Notes: generated by a model from the letters alone, not told the origin. 64,000 nt of DNA from an uncultured Gemmatimonadales bacterium (GCA_963812085.1 CAWETL010000005.1:128779-192778); one strand, 5' to 3'; counted from the stretch's first letter, positions 8,449 to 18,563 are shown. Numbers and translations: made by a program.

Positions 8449-11063
8449 GGCGTCGCCGCTGGCGGTTCGGGGGTGAGCTTGATGGTCAGCTTGTCGAGCT
8501 TGCCGGTGAACTTGAACGGCGGATCGTAGCGATACCGGGCGAGGGCCACCCCGGAACGGGTGTCTTCGCCGACGTCGAAGCTCTCGTCCTCCGGAAAGGT
8601 GACCGGTGTGGAGTGGGACATCGAATCCCGGGCCACTTCCTTGCCGTCCACGGTCAGGATTCCGGTGCCACCCTTGCCGAGCCCCGGTTCGGTGGGCTTC
8701 CAGTCGAAGACGATGGTGTGCTGCCCGGCGCCCAGGGATGGCCCGACCCAGAAGGTCCGCTCGAGATCAAGCAGGTTATACAGGAAGACCGGCCTGCCAC
8801 CACCCAGGCCGAAGAGGCGAGTGGCCACCACTGCCAGCACCCAGAGCGATCCCAGCCCGAAGACGAGCTTGCCGAAGCGCCGCCTGCCTCGCGATGGCAC
8901 GCCGGCCACGATCATCAGCAGCCCGACTCCCAGCAGGCCCAGCCCGAGATTCCTGACCAGCGGGCTCTCGAGCCACCAGCGGTAGCTCCTCGTCAGGAAC
9001 AGGCCGTAGCCGCCGAAACGGCCGCCATCGGTGACGATCATCCCTTCCGCCCCGCCCGAGGGAATCGTGACCTCGGCGGTGACGGTGTACGCCTTGTTCA
9101 GGATGTTCGGCGCGCCGCTGTTGGGCACTCCCGTCAGCGATCCGGTGTAGGTGAACTCCGTGCGGCCGCCGGTCAGGTTCGGACGCGGTGCGTTCCAGCG
9201 GCTCAGCGTCGAGTTGTCGAGGGGCAGCACGTCGTACTTTGCGGCCTCCTGGTAGAACATGGCCTGCAGTTCCTTGAGCTTTCCCGGCATCTGGGCTGCC
9301 AGGTCGTTGGACTCCGTCGGGTCCTCGTAGACGTTGTACAGCTCCCAGTTGTAGCCGGTGAGCAGGTCGGGCGGGGTCGCGGTGCTCAACTCCCAGGGCA
9401 GGGTGGCCGGCGTCGTGGCCGCGACCCAGCCGTCGTGGTAGATCGCGCGGTTGCCGAGCATCTCGAAATACTGCGTGGTGCGCCGGGATGGGGCGCCGGC
9501 ACCCGCCTTGTCCCACGTGTACACCATGCTGACGCCCTGCACGGGCGTCTGTGGGATCCCGTCCACCGTGTCGGGCGCCGGGATGCCGGTCGCCTCGAGG
9601 ATGGTGGGGACGATGTCGATGACGTGGTGGAACTGCCTGCGAATTCCCCCCACGTCCGTAATGTGGCCTGGCCACGACATGGCCACGCCCTGGGCCGTGC
9701 CACCGAAATGCGACGGCACCTGCTTGACCCACTTGAACGGGGTGTCCATCGCCCAGGCCCACTCGGCCGCGTAGTGCGGGAAGGTCCTGTCGGAGCCCCA
9801 GAACGGGTAGAACAGGTACTGGGCCTTCACTGGCACGGGAACGCCGTTGAATGTCGTGAACTCGTTGGGGGTGCCGTCGAGCATCCCCTCGGCGCTGGCC
9901 CCGTTGTCGCCGCTGATGTAGATGATGAGCGTATTGTCGAGCTCGCCGAGGTCCTCGACCGCCTGGACGACGCGGCCGATCTCGTAGTCGGTGTAGGCCA
10001 GGTAGGCGCCGTACACGTCCATCTGTCGGATGAAGAGCTTCTTCTTCTCCGGGCTGAGGGAATCCCACGTCGGCAGCGTCGAGGGCCACTCCGTGAGCTT
10101 GGCGTTTTCCGGCATGATCCCCAGCCGCTTCTGGTTGGCGAAGATCGTGTCCCGGATGGCGTTCCACCCCTCGTCGAAGAGGTGCATGTCGCTGACTTTC
10201 TTGATCCACTCCGGCGTCGGGTGGTGCGGCGCGTGGGTGCCCCCTGGCACATAATAGACCAGCCACCGCTTGTCTGGCGCGACCTCCTTGAGCCGCGTCA
10301 TGTACCCGATGGCGTCGTCGGCCATCGCCGTCGTCAGATTCCAGCCCGGGTTGTCCAGGAAGGGGTAGATCGCCGTTGTATTGCGGAACAGGTTCGGCTG
10401 CCACTGGCTGGCGTCGCCGCCGACGAACCCGTAGAAATACTCGAAACCCATCCCGCTGGGCCACTGGTTGAACGGGCCGGCCTGGGTGGCCTGGTAGAAC
10501 GGCGTGTTGTGGTCCTTGCCGAACCACGAGGTGGCGTAGCCGTTCTCCTGCAGAATTCGCCCGATGCTGGCGGAATTGAGCGGGATGTACGAGTCGTAAC
10601 CGGGATAGCCGGTGGCGATCTCACCCACGACGCCGAAGCCGACGCTGTGATGATTGCGCCCGGTGATCAGCGCCGCGCGGGTCGGCGAGCAGAGCGACGT
10701 GGAGTGGAAGTTGGTGTAGCGAAGCCCGCTCTTCGCGATGCGGTCCAGGGTCGGCGTGGGGATGACGCCGCCGAAGGTGCTCGGCGCCCCGAAACCCTCA
10801 TCGTCGGTCATGATGAGCAGCACGTTCGGTGCGCCCTTCGGCGGCACCACGCGCGGCGCCCACCACGGGGTGGATTGCGGGGCCGTTTGCTTGATGACCC
10901 CGCCGAACTTGGGATCGGGAGGCGGCAGCCGCTTCCCGTCGATGGTCGTGGTGGCGTGGGGTGATCCGGGCGTGCCGGTGACGACCTGTGCCGAGACCGG
11001 CGGGGCGAGGAGGAGGGCGAGCAACAACGACGCGGCGCTAATCGCGGACAGCCTGGCGGACAT
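8445..11063 (-). CDS. arylsulfatase (Cys-type sulfatase family) with signal peptide and an unusual hydrophobic insertion near the C-terminus
   Basis: Sulfatase signature LCSPTRAALITGRNHH, plus LIMTDDEG and YISGDNGAS. Start set at MSARLSAISAASLLLALLLAPPVSAQ (residue 31 of the ORF). Confidence 0.9.
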   Translation of the reverse strand: MSARLSAISAASLLLALLLAPPVSAQVVTGTPGSPHATTTIDGKRLPPPDPKFGGVIKQTAPQSTPWWAPRVVPPKGAPNVLLIMTDDEGFGAPSTFGGVIPTPTLDRIAKSGLRYTNFHSTSLCSPTRAALITGRNHHSVGFGVVGEIATGYPGYDSYIPLNSASIGRILQENGYATSWFGKDHNTPFYQATQAGPFNQWPSGMGFEYFYGFVGGDASQWQPNLFRNTTAIYPFLDNPGWNLTTAMADDAIGYMTRLKEVAPDKRWLVYYVPGGTHAPHHPTPEWIKKVSDMHLFDEGWNAIRDTIFANQKRLGIMPENAKLTEWPSTLPTWDSLSPEKKKLFIRQMDVYGAYLAYTDYEIGRVVQAVEDLGELDNTLIIYISGDNGASAEGMLDGTPNEFTTFNGVPVPVKAQYLFYPFWGSDRTFPHYAAEWAWAMDTPFKWVKQVPSHFGGTAQGVAMSWPGHITDVGGIRRQFHHVIDIVPTILEATGIPAPDTVDGIPQTPVQGVSMVYTWDKAGAGAPSRRTTQYFEMLGNRAIYHDGWVAATTPATLPWELSTATPPDLLTGYNWELYNVYEDPTESNDLAAQMPGKLKELQAMFYQEAAKYDVLPLDNSTLSRWNAPRPNLTGGRTEFTYTGSLTGVPNSGAPNILNKAYTVTAEVTIPSGGAEGMIVTDGGRFGGYGLFLTRSYRWWLESPLVRNLGLGLLGVGLLMIVAGVPSRGRRRFGKLVFGLGSLWVLAVVATRLFGLGGGRPVFLYNLLDLERTFWVGPSLGAGQHTIVFDWKPTEPGLGKGGTGILTVDGKEVARDSMSHSTPVTFPEDESFDVGEDTRSGVALARYRYDPPFKFTGKLDKLTIKLTPEPPAATP

Positions 11064-11269
11064 GCGGACTCCGATCCTCACGGGAGGAACCGGGCCGGTC
11101 GCGGGGGCCGAAGATGTCGGCGCGCCCGGAACGAGCCAAGGGACTGCCGCCAATCTATAGCGCGGACGTGTTCGCGGCGAGTGAGGCCGGGTTTGTGAAG
11201 GATGTCAGAGGAGAGAATCGGCGCTCCGTGAGGCGGCCGCCCTCGAGAGCCTCAGCATCGAGGCGGGAG

Positions 11270-11355
11270 TGCCCGGGGTGGGGATCGAACCCACATGGGG
11301 ATTGCTCCCCTTGGGATTTTAAGTCCCATGCGTCTGCCAGTTTCGCCACCCGGGC
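11270..11355 (-). tRNA. tRNA-Leu (anticodon UAA)
   Basis: The reverse complement folds as GCCCGGG-TG-GCGAAACTGGCAGACGC-A-TGGGA-CTTAAAA-TCCCA-long variable arm-GTGGG-TTCGATC-CCCAC-CCCGGGC-A. 86 nt, class II. Confidence 0.95.
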
Positions 11356-11399
11356 CAGATGGTGGACAATACCACCGCGCGCAGCGGCCGGCCACAGGG

Positions 11400-12548
11400 C
11401 TACCAGCCGCGCTCGGTCCGGAGCCCGCCCGCGGCACGCACCGTCCACATCGTTGGCGCAGTTCCCGTTTCCCGCCGGAAATCGGCGGCCACGGCGCGAG
11501 AAAGCGCGGGGTATCGCTCCGGCGGTGCCATAATCAGCACTGTGCCCCCCCACCCTCCCCCGGTGAGCCGCGCGCCCCAGGCCCCGTGGCGCACCGCGCT
11601 CGCGACCAGCCGGTCCGCCTCGCCGCACGACGATTCGAAATCGTCCCGGATGGATGCGTGCCCCTCCAGCAGAAACTGGCCCACCCGCGGAAAATCGCGC
11701 GTCGTGAGCGCCAGCGCCGCGGCCCGGGTGCGGGCGGTTTCCCTCACGACATGGCGGAGCCGGCGAAACAGGACATCCGGCATCCGCGACTGCAGCTGCT
11801 CGAGCGCCGCCTCCGGCACCGCCGCGAGCGCGGGCGCATCGATGCCGGCGGCGCGGCAGGCCTCGAGCGCCGCCACGCATTCCGCCCGGCGCCGGTTGTA
11901 TTCGCCGTCCGCCAGGCGGTGCGAAACGCCCGTCTCCACCAGCAGCACCGGCAGGTCGAGCGGCACCTGGCGGCGGGTGTCCTCCCCGGTCTCGAACAGC
12001 AGCGCGTGCCGGGCGATCGCGTGCGCCGAGACGGTCTGGTCCATCCGCCCGCACTGGACACCGACCACGTCGTGCTCGGCGTGCCAGGCGACCTCGACCA
12101 GCGCCTCGCGGGACAGCCGCCGCCGACTCACCTGGGAAAGCGCCTTGGCCGCGGCGACGCTCAGGGCGGCGGACGAGGCGAGTCCGGCCCCGGCCGGGAC
12201 GGTGCTCGCCACGGCGATGCGGCCGCCGGGCGGCGCCGCCCGCATTTCGTGGAGCACCCGGATCACCCCGGCCAGGTAGTCGGTCCACCGGCCCTCCGGC
12301 GCGGCCGCCGGGTCGAATTCGACCGCGATGCCGTCCAGCGCCGAAACCGCCTTCCAGCCCTCGGCGGATCCGGCCAGGACGACCGTGCGGCGCGGGATCG
12401 CAAAGGGGAGGACGGGCCCGCCGTTGTAGTCGGTGTGCTCGCCCAGCAAATTGACGCGGCCGGGCGCGGACGCGCCGGCCAGCGGGTGACTGGCAAAGGA
12501 GCCCTCGAAGAGCGAACTTGCGAGGCCGAGCGGCGAGGATGGGCGCAC
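11400..12548 (-). CDS. galK: galactokinase
   Basis: GRVNLLGEHTDYNGGPVLPFAI galactokinase signature and GHMP motif (PAGAGLASSAAL). Confidence 0.9.
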   Translation of the reverse strand: MRPSSPLGLASSLFEGSFASHPLAGASAPGRVNLLGEHTDYNGGPVLPFAIPRRTVVLAGSAEGWKAVSALDGIAVEFDPAAAPEGRWTDYLAGVIRVLHEMRAAPPGGRIAVASTVPAGAGLASSAALSVAAAKALSQVSRRRLSREALVEVAWHAEHDVVGVQCGRMDQTVSAHAIARHALLFETGEDTRRQVPLDLPVLLVETGVSHRLADGEYNRRRAECVAALEACRAAGIDAPALAAVPEAALEQLQSRMPDVLFRRLRHVVRETARTRAAALALTTRDFPRVGQFLLEGHASIRDDFESSCGEADRLVASAVRHGAWGARLTGGGWGGTVLIMAPPERYPALSRAVAADFRRETGTAPTMWTVRAAGGLRTERGW

Positions 12549-12574
12549 GGAGTGAGCTTACCGAGGGAGGAGAC

Positions 12575-14110
12575 TTGAGGCAACGTGTGCTGGGGGTCGC
12601 CGCGGCGGCCCTCTTCGCGACACCGGCCGCGGCACAATTGCCCGCCCTCGGCGCGCCGCGCGGCGTGTTCCGTATCGAGATCGGCGGTGACTTCGCCGCG
12701 GCGAGCGACCAGTTCTTCGATGGCACCACCCAGCCCTATCGCGCTCAGTTCACGACCCCCATCATCGGCGCCGCCTTCTACCCCGAGCTGGCGCCGGCGC
12801 AGTCCTGGGTCGCACAGTTGTCGGGCATCAACGGCTACACCCTGAGCGTCGGCCAGTCGAAGATGCAGGCGCAGGTGAGCGCCGGCGTCCTCCGCCTCGG
12901 CGGCACCCTCGGGATCACCTCCAAGCTCAGCCTCTTCGGCGTGGCGCCGATCGTGAAGCAGCAGGTCGAGGTCGCCTACTCGTTCGACAGCGCCGGGGCC
13001 AACTCGGGCTACAACCCCGCCAGCCCGACCTTCGGAACGCCCGGCGGCGCGCTCTTCCGCGACAGCCTCAATCTCGTCGTCGACTCGCTCGGCACGCTCT
13101 TGGCCAGCGGTTACTACGACGGCAATCCGACGACCAAGGCGCTCGCCCAGACGACATACGCCTACCTGAGCGGGCTCGACTCCCTGTACCAGTCGTCTCC
13201 CTTCGTGCCGCTGGACAGCAGCGCCGCCGGGGTGGCCATGAGCGCAGGATTGGCGGCCGCGCAGGCCAACCTGGCCGGCCTCAGCGTGCCGAGTTTTGCG
13301 CAGCCGCTGCCGCTCCCGGCCGCGGCGCTCACCGGGTCGGAATACAACAGTTTCCTCACCTCCGGGGGCGGGCCCGTCCTCGCCGCTCCCTTCACCACCC
13401 ACAGCTCGTTCCTGCTCGGCGACGTCGAGCTGGGCGCCCTGTACACGATCATCGACCGGTGGAACGCGCCGGGCCATCCGGGCGGACTCCGCCTGGTGGC
13501 GCGCGCCCTCGTGCGGCTGCCGACCGGCACGCAGCCGCTGCCGAACGACTTCGTGAGCATCCCGACCGGCGGGGGGCAGACCGACCTGCAGGCCTCCCTC
13601 GTGGCGGATGTGGGCGGCGGGAAGTTCGGGGCGCGGTTCGAGGGGAGCTACACCGACCAGATGTCGGCCACGGTCAACCAGCGCGTGACCCTGCCGTCGC
13701 AGCCCATTCCCTGGGCCAACCGCCTCGCGTCCGTCACCCGGGACCCGGGCAACGAGCTCCTGCTCAGCGCGACACCCTACTTCCAGCTGGCGCCGGGCCT
13801 GGCGCTGGTCGCGGTCGTGCGCTACTGGTCTCACGGCGCCGACGCCGTGAGCTACGCCTCGGGCGCCGCGGCGATTCCTGGAGTGAGCGCGAGCGACCTG
13901 GCAGTGGGGACCGACGCCAGCGCGACGGTCCTCGGGGGCGGCATCAGCTACGCGCCGACGGCCAAGCCCGGCGGGAAAGTTCCGCTTGACGCGTTCTGGC
14001 TTTATGAGAGCGTAATGGCGGCGAGCGGCGGGGTGGTGCCGAAGACCGGGACGATTCGGATGGGACTTCGTTGGCCGTTGCGCCTGTGGGGTCGGGCGAC
14101 CAGTCAATAA
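12575..14110 (+). CDS. hypothetical secreted / outer-membrane protein
   Basis: In-frame TTG at 12575 is preceded by GAGGGAGG. It gives LRQRVLGVAAAALFATPAAAQ, a signal peptide. The protein is Gly/Ser/Ala/Tyr-rich with beta-strand-like composition and an RLPTG motif. The antisense 614-aa ORF is Arg-rich junk. Confidence 0.55.
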   Translation: MRQRVLGVAAAALFATPAAAQLPALGAPRGVFRIEIGGDFAAASDQFFDGTTQPYRAQFTTPIIGAAFYPELAPAQSWVAQLSGINGYTLSVGQSKMQAQVSAGVLRLGGTLGITSKLSLFGVAPIVKQQVEVAYSFDSAGANSGYNPASPTFGTPGGALFRDSLNLVVDSLGTLLASGYYDGNPTTKALAQTTYAYLSGLDSLYQSSPFVPLDSSAAGVAMSAGLAAAQANLAGLSVPSFAQPLPLPAAALTGSEYNSFLTSGGGPVLAAPFTTHSSFLLGDVELGALYTIIDRWNAPGHPGGLRLVARALVRLPTGTQPLPNDFVSIPTGGGQTDLQASLVADVGGGKFGARFEGSYTDQMSATVNQRVTLPSQPIPWANRLASVTRDPGNELLLSATPYFQLAPGLALVAVVRYWSHGADAVSYASGAAAIPGVSASDLAVGTDASATVLGGGISYAPTAKPGGKVPLDAFWLYESVMAASGGVVPKTGTIRMGLRWPLRLWGRATSQ

Positions 14111-14123
14111 TCAGGGCGGACCC

Positions 14124-15785
14124 TCACCGCACGGCGCGTCCCAGCATCTCCTCCGCGTGCCGCCGGGCCGCGCCGCCCTCCGCATCCCCCAGCATCCGCG
14201 CGATCTCGGTGACACGGTCCTCCCCGAGGATCGTCTCGACGCTGCTGGTCGCGATTCCGCCCTGCACGCCCTTCGACACCACCAGGTGCCGGTCGGCCCG
14301 CACGGCGATCTGCGGCAAGTGCGTGATCACCAGCACCTGGTGCGCCGCCGACACCTCCGCGAGCGCTTCGCCCACCTGGCCACCCACCTCGCCGCCGATG
14401 CCCTGATCGATCTCGTCGAACACGAACGTGGGAATCCGGTCGTGGCGGGCCACCACCACCTCCAGCGCCAGCATCAGCCGGGACAGCTCCCCGCCCGACG
14501 CCACCTTCTGGATCGGTTGCGCGTCGAGCCCCACGTTGAGCCGCACCGAGAAGCCGACCGTTTCCGCGCCGTCGGGACCGGGCTGGCCCAGTGGCGACAA
14601 TTCCGCCTCGAACCTCCCGCCCGCCAGTCCCAGCTTGGGAAGCAGTCGGCCGACGGCCCGCGCCAGCCGGCCCGCGGCCTGCGATCGCTTCTCGCTCAGC
14701 GTTGCGGCGGCCGAGGCAAGCGCCGCGTCGGCAGCGCTCCGCCGCGCGGCGATGGCCCGGAGGTCGGCGTCGGCCGTGTCGAGCAACTCGAGTTCCTTCT
14801 CCGCGCTCGCGTGCGTCTCCAGAACGGCCTCGAGGGAGCCGCCGTATTTCTGCTGCAGCCGGAACAGCTGGTCCCGCCGCCGCTCGATGGCCTCGAGGCG
14901 CGCCGGATCCCGCTCGACTCCCTCGGCGTAGGCCGACGCCAGCCTGGCCAGCTCGGCGAGCTGCGCGTAGGAGCCGTCGAGGAGCTCGCGCCACGCCGCC
15001 AGGTCGGGATCGACGCGCTCGAGCTGGCCCAGCGCCCGCTCCGCCACAGCGAGCGCCTTGAGCGCGCTGGCGTCCTCGCCGTCCAGCGCCTCGGACAGCA
15101 ACCGCGCCTGCTCCTCCAGCGATCCAGCGTGGGTCAGCCGCCTCGACTCGCTGGCGAGTGACTCGTCTTCCCCGGGCCGCAGCTTGGCGCCGGCGATTTC
15201 GCTCGCGACGTGCCGCAGGTAGTCGGCCCGCCGGCGCACCTCCTCCAGCCGCGTCGCGAGCGTCGATTCCTCGGTCCGAAGCGCGACGAGGAGTGCGTGG
15301 GCCTGGCTGACCGCCTCCCGCTCGGGCATGGCCACCGCGTAGGCGTCGAGGATGTCGCGCTGGGTGTCGGGCTTGAGGAGGGAGACGGTCTCGTGCTGGC
15401 CGTGGAGGTCCACCAGCATTTCGCCGAGGGAGGCGAGGACGCTCACGGTGGCCGGGCTGCCGTTGATCCAGGCACGGGAGCGCCCCTCGGCGCTCACCTC
15501 GCGCCGGATGACGACCCGCTCCTCGTCGACGTCGAGGCCGAGCGCCTCGATGCGCCGCTGCAGCGCCCGCGGGAGCTGCTCGAAGGCGCCCTCGACGACC
15601 GCCCGTCCGGCGCCGGGGCGCACCACGCCGCTGTCTCCCCGCCCGCCGAGCAGCAGGCCGAGGGCGTCCACGAGGATCGACTTGCCGGCGCCGGTCTCGC
15701 CGGTCAGGACGTTGAGGCCGGCGCCGAGGCGAAGGGTCACGTCCGCGATCGTGGCGACGTCGCGGACCCGGAGTTCGGCGAGCAT
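14124..15785 (-). CDS. recN: DNA repair protein RecN
   Basis: MLAELRVRDVATIADVTL...LNVLTGETGAGKSILVDAL, a long coiled-coil middle, and a C-terminal SGGELSRLMLAL signature. Confidence 0.95.
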   Translation of the reverse strand: MLAELRVRDVATIADVTLRLGAGLNVLTGETGAGKSILVDALGLLLGGRGDSGVVRPGAGRAVVEGAFEQLPRALQRRIEALGLDVDEERVVIRREVSAEGRSRAWINGSPATVSVLASLGEMLVDLHGQHETVSLLKPDTQRDILDAYAVAMPEREAVSQAHALLVALRTEESTLATRLEEVRRRADYLRHVASEIAGAKLRPGEDESLASESRRLTHAGSLEEQARLLSEALDGEDASALKALAVAERALGQLERVDPDLAAWRELLDGSYAQLAELARLASAYAEGVERDPARLEAIERRRDQLFRLQQKYGGSLEAVLETHASAEKELELLDTADADLRAIAARRSAADAALASAAATLSEKRSQAAGRLARAVGRLLPKLGLAGGRFEAELSPLGQPGPDGAETVGFSVRLNVGLDAQPIQKVASGGELSRLMLALEVVVARHDRIPTFVFDEIDQGIGGEVGGQVGEALAEVSAAHQVLVITHLPQIAVRADRHLVVSKGVQGGIATSSVETILGEDRVTEIARMLGDAEGGAARRHAEEMLGRAVR

Positions 15786-16651
15786 CAGAGCGGCGTGCGG
15801 TCGGAGAGGTCGCCCCAGTGGAGTTTCTGGCGCATGCGCTGGAAATACCCCTCGGGGCCGACGCGGACCAGCATCACGGGGGATTCGGCGAGCCGGAGGC
15901 GGACGCGTGACCCGGGAGCGAGGTGGGTGGCCACCTGGCCGTCGACCGACACGAGGACGTCCTCCTCGTCGGGATTGACCGGCTGGATGAGGATGTCCCA
16001 GGAGGCGGGAACCACCAGCGGCCGCACGGCGAGGGTGTGGGCGCAGATCGGCGTCACCACCAGCGCCTGGACGCCGGGGACGACGATCGGCCCGCCGGCG
16101 CTGAGCGAGTACGCCGTCGAGCCGGTGGGCGTGGCCACGATGATGCCGTCGGCGCTGTACGGCCCCACGCTCTCGCCCTGGACCACCACGTCGAGCCGGA
16201 TGACGCGCGCCACGCCGCCCTTGTGTACCACGACGTCGTTGAGCGCGAGGTCGAGCGCGGTGGACTGGCCGTTGGCGTCCTGAATGACGGCCTTGAGTGC
16301 CTGGCGCGGTTCCGTGGTGTACCGGCCGGCCACCAGCGCCTCGAGCGCCGCGGGGAGCGCGCCGCGCGAGACACTCGTGAGGAAGCCGACCTTGCCGAGA
16401 TTGACGCCGAGGATGGGGATGCCACGCCCCTCGAGCATGCGGGCGCCGCGGAGGAGCGTCCCGTCGCCGCCGAAGGTGAGGAGCACGTCGAGCGGCGCGT
16501 CGTCGAGGTCGGGCACCGGGGCCGGCCAGAATTCCTCCAGCCGCGGCTCGGAGTAGAGCGTGATGCCGTGCCCCGGCGCCAGGCCGGCGAGTTGCTCCAG
16601 GATGCCCCGGAGCTCAGGATACCGGTGGTTGCCGCAGACACCAATCTTCAT
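15785..16651 (-). CDS. nadK: NAD kinase
   Basis: GGDGTLLRGAR and NLGKVGFL motifs. 288 aa. Confidence 0.93.
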   Translation of the reverse strand: MKIGVCGNHRYPELRGILEQLAGLAPGHGITLYSEPRLEEFWPAPVPDLDDAPLDVLLTFGGDGTLLRGARMLEGRGIPILGVNLGKVGFLTSVSRGALPAALEALVAGRYTTEPRQALKAVIQDANGQSTALDLALNDVVVHKGGVARVIRLDVVVQGESVGPYSADGIIVATPTGSTAYSLSAGGPIVVPGVQALVVTPICAHTLAVRPLVVPASWDILIQPVNPDEEDVLVSVDGQVATHLAPGSRVRLRLAESPVMLVRVGPEGYFQRMRQKLHWGDLSDRTPL

Positions 16652-18546
16652 CGCGCTTCGACCGACTCCTCGCCGTGCAGCGCCGTGACGCGCCGCGCGA
16701 TGCCCTCGGCGGTGAGCCCGAAGCTCGCCAACTGGTCCGCACGCGGCGCCTGCTCGACCAGCCGGTCCGGGACGCCCAGCGCGATGACCCGGACGTCCGG
16801 CGCGATGGTCTGCACCATCTCCGCCAGGTAGGCCCCGAATCCGTTGACGATGGTGCCCTCCTCCACCGTCACCAGGACACGATGGTCGGCCAGGAGCCCC
16901 TCCAGCATGGCGCGGTCGAGCGGCTTGAGGAAGCGGGCGTTGACCACGGTGCAGTCGAGTCCCTCGGCCTTGAGGATCTCCGCGGCCTGCATGCTGGGCT
17001 GCACCATCGTCCCGACGCCGAGGATGGCCACCTCGCGCCCGTGGCGAAGCGTCTCCCAGGTGCCGTAGGGAACGGCGGGAATCCCGGCGACCGGCTGCGG
17101 TTCCACCGGCACCTTGTCGCGCGGATAGCGGGTGCAGAACGGGCCCGCATCGTGCGTGAGCGCCGTCTTGAGGAGACCGACCAGCTCGTCTCCGTCCTTG
17201 GGCGCCGTGACCGTCATCCCCGGCACCGCCAGCATGTAGGCGATGTCGTAGAGCCCCATGTGCGTCTGGCCGTCCTCACCCACCAGCCCCGCCCGGTCCA
17301 TGCAAAAGATCACCGGCAGGTGCTGCACCGCGATATCGTGAATGATGTTGTCGTAGGCCCGCTGCAGGAACGTGCTGTAGATGGCCACCACCGGGCGCAC
17401 GCCCTGCGTGGCCAGCCCGCCCGCGAACGTGACCGCGTGCCCCTCGGCGATACCGACGTCGAAGAAGCGCTCCGGCCACGCCGCCTGGAAGATGTTGGTG
17501 CCGGTGCCGCTCGGCATGGCGGCGGTCACGGCCACGAACCCGGGGAACTCGTGCCCCAGCGCCGTGAGGCTGTCGCCGAAGACCTGGGTCCAGGTCGGCG
17601 GGCCGCTGGACTTCTTGCGGGCCTCCCCGGTGATCGGGTCGTAGGCGGCGAGGCCGTGCCACTTTTCGCGGTTCTCCTCCGCGAACGTGAACCCCTTGCC
17701 CTTTTCGGTCAGGACGTGGATGACCCGCGGGCCCTTGAGGTCCCGCACGAAGCGCAGGGTCTCGCTCAACTTCTTGAGGTCGTGTCCGTCGATGGGGCCG
17801 AAGTACCGGAAGCCCATCTCCTCGAAGAACATCCCGTCGGAGAAGAGGTTCTTGGCGCTCTCCTCGAGGTTCTTGGCGAACTCGACCACGCGCTCGCCGA
17901 AGACGTGCGACACCGCCAGCGTCAGTCCCTTGACCCGTTCACGGACCTTGTTGGTCAGCGGGTTAGCCACGATCCCGCCCAGGGTGCGACTGATGGCGCC
18001 GACGTTGGGCGAGATGCTCATCCCGTTGTCGTTGACGATGAGGATGATGTCCCGGTCCGAGTGCCCGGCGTTGTTCATTCCCTCGTAGGAAAGCCCGCAG
18101 GTGAGCGACCCGTCGCCGACGACGGCGACCACCTTGTTCGTGCCACCCTTGAGATCCCGCGCGGTGGCCATGCCGAGCGCGGCCGACATCGCGGTGCCGG
18201 CATGGCCGGCGCCGAACTGGTCGTGCTCACTCTCGCTGCGCTTCAGGAAGCCGGAAATGCCCCCCGTCTGGCGGAGCGTCGGGAATTCGGCGTTGCGGCC
18301 GGTCAGGAGCTTCCAGGCGTACGCCTGGTGGCCCACGTCCCAGAGGATCTTGTCGGTGGGGCTGTCGAACTCGTAGAGGAGCGCGATGGCGAGTTCGACC
18401 ACGCCGAGACTGGCGCCGATGTGGCCGCCGGTGACGGAACAGCAGTCGATCAGGCGCTCACGGACCTCCTGCGCCAGCTCCGGGAGCTGGTCCCGGGAGA
18501 GCCGCTTGAGGTCGGCGGGGCCGTTGATCGAATCGAGCAGAGCCAT
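16648..18546 (-). CDS. dxs: 1-deoxy-D-xylulose-5-phosphate synthase
   Basis: Starts at MALLDSINGPADLKRLS (residue 145 of ORF 16648..18978), with GGHIGASLGVVEL and GDGSLTCGLSYEGMNNAG. Conserved xseB-ispA-dxs order. Confidence 0.96.
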   Translation of the reverse strand: MALLDSINGPADLKRLSRDQLPELAQEVRERLIDCCSVTGGHIGASLGVVELAIALLYEFDSPTDKILWDVGHQAYAWKLLTGRNAEFPTLRQTGGISGFLKRSESEHDQFGAGHAGTAMSAALGMATARDLKGGTNKVVAVVGDGSLTCGLSYEGMNNAGHSDRDIILIVNDNGMSISPNVGAISRTLGGIVANPLTNKVRERVKGLTLAVSHVFGERVVEFAKNLEESAKNLFSDGMFFEEMGFRYFGPIDGHDLKKLSETLRFVRDLKGPRVIHVLTEKGKGFTFAEENREKWHGLAAYDPITGEARKKSSGPPTWTQVFGDSLTALGHEFPGFVAVTAAMPSGTGTNIFQAAWPERFFDVGIAEGHAVTFAGGLATQGVRPVVAIYSTFLQRAYDNIIHDIAVQHLPVIFCMDRAGLVGEDGQTHMGLYDIAYMLAVPGMTVTAPKDGDELVGLLKTALTHDAGPFCTRYPRDKVPVEPQPVAGIPAVPYGTWETLRHGREVAILGVGTMVQPSMQAAEILKAEGLDCTVVNARFLKPLDRAMLEGLLADHRVLVTVEEGTIVNGFGAYLAEMVQTIAPDVRVIALGVPDRLVEQAPRADQLASFGLTAEGIARRVTALHGEESVEAR

Positions 18547-18563
18547 GAGGGGCCGGTCCTGGG

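Noticed and set aside
8613-10964. 783-aa plus-strand ORF (and 8776..10527 minus, 583 aa) across the sulfatase locus.
   Set aside because: These are the antisense frame and an alternative frame of the arylsulfatase gene. Their composition is typical of high-GC shadow frames, and only the 8445..11063 frame carries sulfatase motifs.
11356-11399. Possible promoter for tRNA-Leu (TATTGT 10 nt upstream of the tRNA 5' end).
   Set aside because: There is no acceptable -35 element at 16-18 nt spacing, and the sequence lies at the very end of galK. The tRNA may simply be co-transcribed with galK.
11155-12729. 524-aa minus-strand ORF spanning tRNA-Leu and galK.
   Set aside because: It runs straight through the tRNA-Leu gene and is out of frame with galK. 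The product is an Arg/Pro/Gly-rich nonsense sequence.
12263-14107. 614-aa minus-strand ORF opposite the 12575..14110 gene.
   Set aside because: The translation is Arg/Gly-rich with no signal or motifs. The plus-strand frame has a strong SD, a signal peptide and a sensible composition, so the plus strand was called.
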